Shown: in pieces, positions 57,055 to 64,000 of the stretch
Layout: each line of letters opens with the position of its first letter
Position numbering within the stretch: position 1 is the first letter of the stretch
Source: Candidatus Altimarinota bacterium
Lineage (GTDB): Bacteria > Patescibacteriota > Gracilibacteria > UBA1369 > GCA-2718715
DNA: 64,000 nucleotides
NCBI GenBank assembly: GCA_041242255.1
Contig: JBESAV010000001.1
Span: forward strand, 320,001-384,000
Reading direction: 5' to 3'
Made by a program: the position numbers and the translations under genes
The notes under the pieces: generated by a model
What the model saw: the letters and a program-made list of their open reading frames with translations, nothing else
Told to the model about the DNA's origin: nothing
Database searches by the model: none

Positions 57055-57801
57055 GTGTTAGGAATATACGATTCTGGAATCGGCGGAGTTGCAGTCTTAA
57101 AGAAGCTCCAAACCATCCAACCCAATATGAGCTTCATATATTTAGCTGATCAGGAGCTTTTCCCAATTGGTCAAAAAACAAACCAACAAGTATTAGAACG
57201 ACTTCACCAGGTATTTCAATTCTTCATCAAGAAAAAATGCTCTGAACTCCTATTAGCCTGCAACACGGTCAGTGCAATTTATGCAGTGAATCACAAAGAG
57301 TTCGAAGAATACACTGATACTATAAAGGTCCAAACAATTACAGGACCAACAGTGAAGCTTTTACAAGATAATTATCCACATCTGCAAAAAACCACTGGAG
57401 TGATGATTGCGACAACTGCAACAATAAATTCACAATATTACCAAACCAAGCTTTCCGAATTTAAAAAACTCAAATACACCTACCTACGAACTCTAGCATG
57501 GGCAATCGAGGAGCAAAACTATGCCGAAATTAGAGAAAGCCTCCTCCAAAATTCACACTTAAATTGGAAGTCACTCAACTACATAATCCTAGGTTGCACT
57601 CATTATACTTGGATCAAGCCAATTTTCATGTTCCTCAACCCAAATATGATTGTAATCGATCCGGTAGAGGAGACAGCAGGCTACCTAGCCAAAACTTTAA
57701 ATCTCAAAGAGAAAAAACGACCAACCCAAAAATTCTACTCAACTGGAGGTAAGCTCAAATTCACAGATCACAACTATAAGTTCAAGAAAGTTCGGATTTG
57801 A
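57055..57801 (+). CDS. murI: Glutamate racemase
   Basis: DSGIGG, LACNT and LGCTHY catalytic motifs. Confidence 0.9.
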   Translation: MLGIYDSGIGGVAVLKKLQTIQPNMSFIYLADQELFPIGQKTNQQVLERLHQVFQFFIKKKCSELLLACNTVSAIYAVNHKEFEEYTDTIKVQTITGPTVKLLQDNYPHLQKTTGVMIATTATINSQYYQTKLSEFKKLKYTYLRTLAWAIEEQNYAEIRESLLQNSHLNWKSLNYIILGCTHYTWIKPIFMFLNPNMIVIDPVEETAGYLAKTLNLKEKKRPTQKFYSTGGKLKFTDHNYKFKKVRI

Positions 57802-58366
57802 TAAGATTATATACAAAATCACAAAATAACCTCTTTGATTTATCAACGTCTTCAACATTCACAAACACATGATCTACATGAGGTATAACATTATCAGCTG
57901 AGTCGGCTAATCTTAGTTTAATCTGTTCAGCTTTTTTCTCAAACAAGTCTGGCGATCTATCTTTAAGTCTTTGCAGCCTATCTTCATAACTAGCAGTAAT
58001 CCCAACAATAATTGTTTCTTGAAAGAAGCCACTAGGATTCACCTTATCAGGATATTGATAAATGGCATTATTTGCAGAATAAACAGCAATCTTTCCCTTA
58101 GCAGGTTTAGCAAAAGCATAATGCATAGTCTTATCCAAAACACGATCCCAAGCCACAGCTAAGTCATTATTAGATTGTAATTTTTCCAACTCTTCCGCAG
58201 AAACATAACTATTCTCAATCAAATTATCTCCTTTCCTTGGGTCTCTTGTAATAAATCTTTTAGGAGTATCAATAATATCTTTTAGTCTCTCATCTTCAAA
58301 TAAACTTCTAACTAGAGTAGTTTTCCCAACTCCACTTGATCCAATAACTGTTATTCCTTTTTTCAT
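57782..58366 (-). CDS. P-loop kinase, guanylate kinase/PhnN-like
   Basis: GSSGVGKTT, KRFITRDPR and RLQRLKDR motifs. Confidence 0.75.
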   Translation of the reverse strand: MKKGITVIGSSGVGKTTLVRSLFEDERLKDIIDTPKRFITRDPRKGDNLIENSYVSAEELEKLQSNNDLAVAWDRVLDKTMHYAFAKPAKGKIAVYSANNAIYQYPDKVNPSGFFQETIIVGITASYEDRLQRLKDRSPDLFEKKAEQIKLRLADSADNVIPHVDHVFVNVEDVDKSKRLFCDFVYNLIKSELS

Positions 58367-58975
58367 CTAAATTTTATTACAAAACATCCATACTATTGGC
58401 ATTTCATCAGGAAGTATAATCTTGTCTATCTGAAACAAACTCTTCTCTTCAACCAATTCTTGCAAGAATTCTAGCTTGTAATCAGTAAAATGTCTATTAG
58501 CCCCGACCTTATGGTCAGATACATAAGATCTATAACTTAAGTTATTTTTAGTATTTAATTTAACTGAAAATCCCATAAAACCATTAGGATTTAAGTGTCT
58601 GTGTATGTTTTCCAAAGCATTAATAAAATCTTCCATTGAAAGATGTAGCAAAACCATATTTGCAATCACACCATCAAACATAATATCTTCAGAAACATCA
58701 GTTTTGGTAACATCAAAGTAGATAGCATGATCATCATTTTTTAAGAAGCCACCTACAAAGTCAGAAGGTAGTATGTCTACTCCTCGAGATCGAAGGTAAT
58801 TAGCATCTCTCATTGGACCAGAGCCAATCTCTAATCCAATTCCAGTCCCTATTCTCTCAGCAAAATAATCCAAAATTACTCTAAGATCATCAGGTACATT
58901 TTTTGCAGTATTCTCGACATACTTTTCATAACACTCTGAATATGTGACTCTGGTTAAACGTTTATCGTATTTCAT
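58367..58975 (-). CDS. Class I SAM-dependent methyltransferase
   Basis: LEIGSGPMRD, FDGVIANMVLLH and HLNPNG motifs. Confidence 0.85.
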   Translation of the reverse strand: MKYDKRLTRVTYSECYEKYVENTAKNVPDDLRVILDYFAERIGTGIGLEIGSGPMRDANYLRSRGVDILPSDFVGGFLKNDDHAIYFDVTKTDVSEDIMFDGVIANMVLLHLSMEDFINALENIHRHLNPNGFMGFSVKLNTKNNLSYRSYVSDHKVGANRHFTDYKLEFLQELVEEKSLFQIDKIILPDEMPIVWMFCNKI

Positions 58976-59028
58976 ACATATAATTTAAAAACTCATGCTC
59001 ATTGCATCAGTATCAAGTGAAAACTTTT

Positions 59029-59103
59029 TGGTTGCGGAGGGTGGATTCGAACCACCGACCTTCAGGTTATGAGCCTGACGAGCTGCCACTGCTCTACTCC
59101 GCA
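59029..59103 (-). tRNA. tRNA-Met(CAT), initiator-type
   Basis: Cloverleaf TGCGGAG...TCAGG-CTCATAA-CCTGA...GGTTCGAATCC...CTCCGCA-ACCA with an encoded CCA end. Confidence 0.95.
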
Positions 59104-59199
59104 AGTACTTTTTACACTTTATGAAAGTTCTTGTCAAATTTTAAAGGGTGATTCTTAAGCAAAGTTTTCATGGGAAAAGTGTTATAATTACAACGTTTA

Positions 59200-59778
59200 A
59201 TGCTTTACATGCAATTTAAAGACCACCTAATAGGGGAACGAATATCACTTCGTAGAACCTTACCAATTAAAAAAACAGCTGAATCTTTATTTAGTTTAAT
59301 CGATAATAGCCGTAAGTTTCTAGAGCCTTGGTTGATGTGGGTTTCTAAAACTAATTCTGTAAGCGATACGGAATCCTATCTTGCACAGAAAGAAGAAGAA
59401 TATAAACAAGGATCTAAAATTGAATATGGAATTTATCTTGGAGATATATTAATCGGAAGTATTGCCCTCGTGGATATAAGTGAAACTAATAAATCAGCAG
59501 AGATTGGATACTGGATTTCAAAAGATTTTACTAGTAAAGGTTATACATCCGAGGCATTAAAAATTATTGAAGAATTTGCTTTTGAGGATTTAAATTTAAA
59601 TAGAATTCAAATTAAATGTGATGAACTCAACAAACCTTCATGTCGCGTTGCTCAAAAGTGTGGCTACAAATATGAAGGTAAACTACGAGAAGATACATAT
59701 AATTCTTACGATCATACTCTTCGAAATACTTTAGTTTACTCTAAACTAAAATCAGATCGTGCTACTCAAAAAAGTTGA
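59200..59778 (+). CDS. RimJ/RimL-family GNAT acetyltransferase
   Basis: AEIGYWI, KGYTSEAL, LNRIQI and NKPSCRVAQKCGYKYEG motifs. Confidence 0.9.
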   Translation: MLYMQFKDHLIGERISLRRTLPIKKTAESLFSLIDNSRKFLEPWLMWVSKTNSVSDTESYLAQKEEEYKQGSKIEYGIYLGDILIGSIALVDISETNKSAEIGYWISKDFTSKGYTSEALKIIEEFAFEDLNLNRIQIKCDELNKPSCRVAQKCGYKYEGKLREDTYNSYDHTLRNTLVYSKLKSDRATQKS

Positions 59779-59828
59779 CCAAAAACAAAAAAAGTATACA
59801 TTGAAGGCACAAACCTAGCCCCAAAAGC

Positions 59829-59984
59829 ATGACTAATCAAACAAAGGACATTTGGCTTATGATGAAAGACAAGATTAGCTCACTAAGGCGGTCCAGGGAC
59901 TACCAAGTGAATCTACAGGTTGAAGACGAAGAAGAGGATGATTTCATAAACGGTTTTGAAGAAGACGACAACATATTTGAATAG
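59829..59984 (+). CDS. Unannotated 51-aa protein with an acidic C-terminus
   Basis: MTNQTKDIWLMMKDKISSLRRSRDYQVNLQVEDEEEDDFINGFEEDDNIFE fills the intergenic gap. TTGACC-16-TACATT lies upstream. Confidence 0.5.
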   Translation: MTNQTKDIWLMMKDKISSLRRSRDYQVNLQVEDEEEDDFINGFEEDDNIFE

Positions 59985-59985
59985 T

Positions 59986-60579
59986 CTACCTCAGGTAAAA
60001 AACATCAACTCTACCTTTATATTGTCTTAAAAAATAAGTAATAGGGGAATCCCCACTATTACTTTTTATATTATTCAAAACTCCCTTTTTGCTATTTCCT
60101 ATTAAAACGATAACTATTCGTCTAGCTTTCAGAAGGTATTTACTACTTAAACTAACTCTATCTCCAAAAACATGCTTTTCAGTATGGGTATCCACAATCT
60201 TATTATCATCTTTCTGCAAATCCGGAGCATCAAACAAAGAGGCAAAATGACCATCAGAACCAACTCCCATCACCACTAAGTCTAGTTCCTCAGGCAGCTT
60301 TTCTTGGTATTTAGAGTCATGCCACGGACTCAATATATTCAACTCATTATTCATACCTTTAAGCTGACCAAAGTTACTATCTTTATGATCTTTAGGAACT
60401 TTCCTTTCATCTATCAAAAACCAATTATTCTCAGCGGCCATACTGTCATAAATATGTTCCACAACTCTCCCAGCAGAACCACCACTTATTCCAATGTTAG
60501 AATTCTTCATTCCTTCAAATTCTTCCAGAACTCTTTCCCAAAACTTACTCTCATTCCTAAACTCCCAGAACTTAATCAT
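59986..60579 (-). CDS. pgl: 6-phosphogluconolactonase
   Basis: ISGGS, IDERKVP..DSN, MGVGSDGHFASLF and RVSLS motifs. Confidence 0.9.
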   Translation of the reverse strand: MIKFWEFRNESKFWERVLEEFEGMKNSNIGISGGSAGRVVEHIYDSMAAENNWFLIDERKVPKDHKDSNFGQLKGMNNELNILSPWHDSKYQEKLPEELDLVVMGVGSDGHFASLFDAPDLQKDDNKIVDTHTEKHVFGDRVSLSSKYLLKARRIVIVLIGNSKKGVLNNIKSNSGDSPITYFLRQYKGRVDVFYLR

Positions 60580-61957
60580 TCAAATTAATCCATTTAAATC
60601 CTTTTTCTTCTAGTAACTTATCTGAAGATTCTACATTGCTTGATCCAATAGGATAATGCTCAATCACTTTATTGTTAAGTGCCTCTTCAGTGATCTCCCA
60701 GCTAGCCACAGCTTGCTTGAAACTAACAAAGAACTCTTTCTTCTCGAGTAAGCAGTCTAAGAAAAGCACGGCATGAGAACTCAAACATTCATCTACACCA
60801 CAGCTTAAACTCTCCTTAGTCACTAAACTATTAATCTCTGATTCATAACCACTCTCATTCACAAAAAATAGCTTCACGCAGGGATTTGGTGCAATTTCAA
60901 TGATCATCTTATTAGGAGGTAGTTTCTCATCTTGATGAGCATACTTTTTGAACTCAATTACCACTGAAGTTTGCTTTCTATTCATTCCTTTTCCACTTCT
61001 CACATACACAGGAGTATCAAACCATTCATCGTTATTAATCTGCAGCTCAAAAGCAAAAAGCGTATCCGTAAAAGGTGAGCACTGAAACTTATCTCTCTCA
61101 CAATATCCTTCATACTGACCAAACACTGACTTTTTAAGTATAACTGAATCAATAAGATTCTCTTTGTGTTTAAGCAGTAAGCTTTCATCTTCAACCACTG
61201 GTATTTCAACCAATAACAAACTTAAAAGCTGAAGTAGGTGAGATTGAAACATATCTCGAGTAGCTCCTACGTTGTCGTAGTAATTCAAACGGCTTTCTAC
61301 CAGCAATTTTTCTAAAGCAGAGATCTGAATATTCGAAATCTCATGCCCTTTTAAAAGCATATTAAAAACTCGATTATTTTTCCTCAAACTCAAGATACTT
61401 CTCACAGCATTCTTACCCAAATAATGATCAATCAAATAAACCACATCCTTTAAACCAAGTCTCTTAATCTGAAATTCCAATGCCTTCGCACTTTCTAAGT
61501 CTTCTCCGAAAGGTTTTTCAATCATATATTTCACCCTTGAGTCATTTTCTCTTATTTCATATACATTCCTTATAATTTCCTCATAAGATGATGGAGGAAC
61601 TGAAAAGTGAAATATCTCTTGTTCATATTCTCCACCAATTTCTTGTACCAAGTCAGCATAATCTTTGTATGGTCTAGCTTCAGAGTATTTACCTTGATGG
61701 TAGTGGACATTTTGAATCAAATTTTCCAATACATCTTCATCAATCTCAGACTTTGCATCTAGTATAGACTTTCTAAACTTCTCTCGAAACTCTTCCTGAG
61801 AGTATTCTGACCTAGCAAACCCAATCACAATAATATCTTCTAAATACCCCTGATTTACCAATTCAAAAATTGCAGGAAACAACTTTAAATCAGCTAAATC
61901 ACCTGATGCTCCAAAAATCGTAAAAATAATCTTTCCTGATACTTTAGTTTTCTTCAT
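60572..61957 (-). CDS. zwf: Glucose-6-phosphate 1-dehydrogenase
   Basis: IFGASGDLA, IEKPFG, IDHYLGK, RDMFQSHLLQ and RSGK motifs. The start at MKKTK is preferred. Confidence 0.93.
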   Translation of the reverse strand: MKKTKVSGKIIFTIFGASGDLADLKLFPAIFELVNQGYLEDIIVIGFARSEYSQEEFREKFRKSILDAKSEIDEDVLENLIQNVHYHQGKYSEARPYKDYADLVQEIGGEYEQEIFHFSVPPSSYEEIIRNVYEIRENDSRVKYMIEKPFGEDLESAKALEFQIKRLGLKDVVYLIDHYLGKNAVRSILSLRKNNRVFNMLLKGHEISNIQISALEKLLVESRLNYYDNVGATRDMFQSHLLQLLSLLLVEIPVVEDESLLLKHKENLIDSVILKKSVFGQYEGYCERDKFQCSPFTDTLFAFELQINNDEWFDTPVYVRSGKGMNRKQTSVVIEFKKYAHQDEKLPPNKMIIEIAPNPCVKLFFVNESGYESEINSLVTKESLSCGVDECLSSHAVLFLDCLLEKKEFFVSFKQAVASWEITEEALNNKVIEHYPIGSSNVESSDKLLEEKGFKWINLND

Positions 61958-63365
61958 ACCAGTCATTATGGAACTTTTCACCTTCTTTAGAATCAGTCCG
62001 TTCATACTTATGAGCACCAAAATAGTCACGCATAGCCTGAATCATATTCGCAGAGGTTTGAGCAGAAACATCATTTATCAAGCTCGCCAGTCCAGAACTA
62101 AGCACATAAGTCGGAACAGATAAATTTAAACCCTCCACCAAAACATCTCGCCAGTCATCATAACCAGCCTCAACATTCTTCTCAGCCCACTTACTCTCCA
62201 GTAGTCCATCATTTTTGATATTCTTATAGACATCATCTAAAAGCTTAGCTCGAATAATACATCCGCCCTGCCAAACTCTAGCAACTTCTTTCAGATCAAT
62301 TTCCCACTCAAATTCCTCGGCAATATCTTTAATCATTCTTAAACCCTGATCCATAACCACAATCCAAGCAGAGTATAAACAGTTTTCAAGCTTTGGAATC
62401 ATATTTTCCAAGCTAGTTTCCGGAGATACATTTTTCTCGCCGAAGTTATAAGTCTTTGAAAGCAAAAGCCTTTTCTTCTTAAAAGCAGAAGCAACTCTTG
62501 CGTGTACAGCCTGACTAATCATAGAAGTCTCAACTCCATATTCCAAGGCATCTCTAGCCGTCCATCTACCAGTACCTTTCTGACCAGCCTTATCCAATAT
62601 TATATCAACTAAAGGTTTACCTGTCTTTTCATCAACCTCCTTCAAAATAGGCTCACAGATCTCAACTAAATAAGACTCTAGTTTCCCTTCATTGAATCTT
62701 CTAAACATCTCACCGATCACTTTAGGCTCAAGTTTATAACCTTTCCTCAAGATTTGATAAACTTCAGAAAGCATTTGCATGATTCCATATTCGATTCCGT
62801 TATGAACCATCTTCACCAAGTGCCCAGACCCTTCATTTCCTAGATAACTAACACATGGTTTTCCAGAAAAATCAGTTGCAGCCATACTTTCCAAAATCTC
62901 ATAAGACTCTTCCCAAGCTTTTTTAGAACCTCCAGGCATCATAGATGGCCCTTTCAAAGCACCAATTTCTCCACCTGACACTCCCATCCCTAAATACTCA
63001 ATATCCTTCTCTTTAAGCTTTTTCACACGTCGAGTGGTATCTTTGTAGTAAGAATTCCCACCATCTATCAAGATGTCACCTTTATTGAGTAGGGGAGTAA
63101 TCTTTTCAATCAAAGCATCAACTGGTTTACCAGCTTTTATCATCAGTATAATTTTCCTAGGTCTCTCAAGAGAATCCACAAATCTTTTCAATTGCTTGAA
63201 GGATTGAAAGTTTCGACCTTCCTCAAACGATTGCTTAAAGCTATCTACTTTGTCTGAACTCCTGTTATATACCGATACACTCCAACCCTTACTTTCAGCA
63301 TTTCTTGCCAAAGAACTTCCCATAACTCCCAAACCAACTACACCAATATCACTTTTCTTCATCAA
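61944..63365 (-). CDS. gnd: NADP-dependent 6-phosphogluconate dehydrogenase
   Basis: GLGVMG, GVSGGE, KMVHNGIEYG, GQKGTG and QAMRDYFGAH motifs. Confidence 0.97.
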   Translation of the reverse strand: MMKKSDIGVVGLGVMGSSLARNAESKGWSVSVYNRSSDKVDSFKQSFEEGRNFQSFKQLKRFVDSLERPRKIILMIKAGKPVDALIEKITPLLNKGDILIDGGNSYYKDTTRRVKKLKEKDIEYLGMGVSGGEIGALKGPSMMPGGSKKAWEESYEILESMAATDFSGKPCVSYLGNEGSGHLVKMVHNGIEYGIMQMLSEVYQILRKGYKLEPKVIGEMFRRFNEGKLESYLVEICEPILKEVDEKTGKPLVDIILDKAGQKGTGRWTARDALEYGVETSMISQAVHARVASAFKKKRLLLSKTYNFGEKNVSPETSLENMIPKLENCLYSAWIVVMDQGLRMIKDIAEEFEWEIDLKEVARVWQGGCIIRAKLLDDVYKNIKNDGLLESKWAEKNVEAGYDDWRDVLVEGLNLSVPTYVLSSGLASLINDVSAQTSANMIQAMRDYFGAHKYERTDSKEGEKFHNDWYEEN

Positions 63366-63450
63366 TAACTTTTATATCAACTAATTATAACATTTTATAT
63401 TAAAACTTTAAACAAGTTTCCTTTATATTATAACAAATAGCCAATCTTCA

Positions 63451-64000
63451 ATGTTTACATCTTTAGAGCAAAATATATTCACTATTTCAGCCTTACTCAT
63501 CCTACTTACAATCCAAACAGTTTTTCCATATTTTGAGGATTATAACTTCAAAGCCAAGCACGCTCTTAGAAATTTTGGAATGACGGTTATTAATGCCATA
63601 ATCATCAACTTACTCATCAGTCCAATCATACTACTAACTACCAACCAATCCTTTGGTTTATTCACATATTTTCAACTTAATTGGTGGGCTCAATTAGCTT
63701 TAACAGTCTTAATTTTAGATTTTCTAGCTTATCTTTGGCATTATTTGGCCCACAATGTTAGTTTCTTCTGGAGGTTCCATAAAGTTCATCATTCAGACAC
63801 TCAAATGGATGTAACAACAGCCGGTCGTTTTCACATAGGTGAACACATAATAAGCTTAGCACTTAAGATATCAGCTTATGCTGCTTTTGGAATGACACTT
63901 GAACATGTCCTTATCTATGAAACAGTGTTCCTTATCAATGTAATGTTCCATCACTCAAACATTACGATTACAGAGCCAGTCGATAAAGTCTTTCGTATCT
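63451..64000 (+). CDS. Sterol desaturase / fatty acid hydroxylase family protein (3'-truncated, absent from the ORF track)
   Basis: Translation from the ATG at 63451 gives DFLAYLWHYLAH, WRFHKVHHSD, RFHIGE and FHHSN His-box motifs. Confidence 0.9.
   Translation, partial: MFTSLEQNIFTISALLILLTIQTVFPYFEDYNFKAKHALRNFGMTVINAIIINLLISPIILLTTNQSFGLFTYFQLNWWAQLALTVLILDFLAYLWHYLAHNVSFFWRFHKVHHSDTQMDVTTAGRFHIGEHIISLALKISAYAAFGMTLEHVLIYETVFLINVMFHHSNITITEPVDKVFRI

Noticed and set aside
57782-59778. Prophage or integrative element at tRNA-Met
   Set aside because: No integrase, phage genes or duplicated tRNA 3' end were found. It is kept only as a weak islet finding.
1-64000. Genetic code 25 (TGA=Gly) as in some Gracilibacteria/Absconditabacteria
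   Set aside because: Conserved genes and an 11-kb ORF are intact under code 11, and TGA ends genes at coupled junctions such as 981-984 and 3597-3600.

Overview
This is a gene-dense, AT-rich chromosomal segment. It is most consistent with a Patescibacteria (CPR) organism of the Peregrinibacteria/Gracilibacteria type, which is an inference from gene content and giant SLH proteins. TGA acts as a stop codon, so the genetic code is 11. Housekeeping genes include thrS, recF, rplJ-rplL with an L10 leader, lspA, ftsW-murG, yidD, uppP, pnp, rpsO, eno, hisS, murI, tRNA-Met and a complete oxidative pentose phosphate operon (gnd-zwf-pgl). The most notable items are: (1) a type IV pilus cluster followed by an operon encoding a ~3,750-aa SLH-anchored protein with widely separated gingipain(C25)-like motifs and four coupled secreted helical proteins that each end in Cys; (2) an apparent in-frame fusion of ribosomal proteins S6 and S18; (3) two paralogous predicted lipoproteins with 48-bp Asp/Met tandem repeats; (4) a LysM-M23 gene that probably starts at a non-canonical ATT; (5) a translationally coupled operon of unknown membrane proteins with a VirB6/TrbL-like member; (6) unannotated small ORFs; and (7) a strong C>G strand skew that shapes protein composition. 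No CRISPR array, rRNA or transposase was seen.
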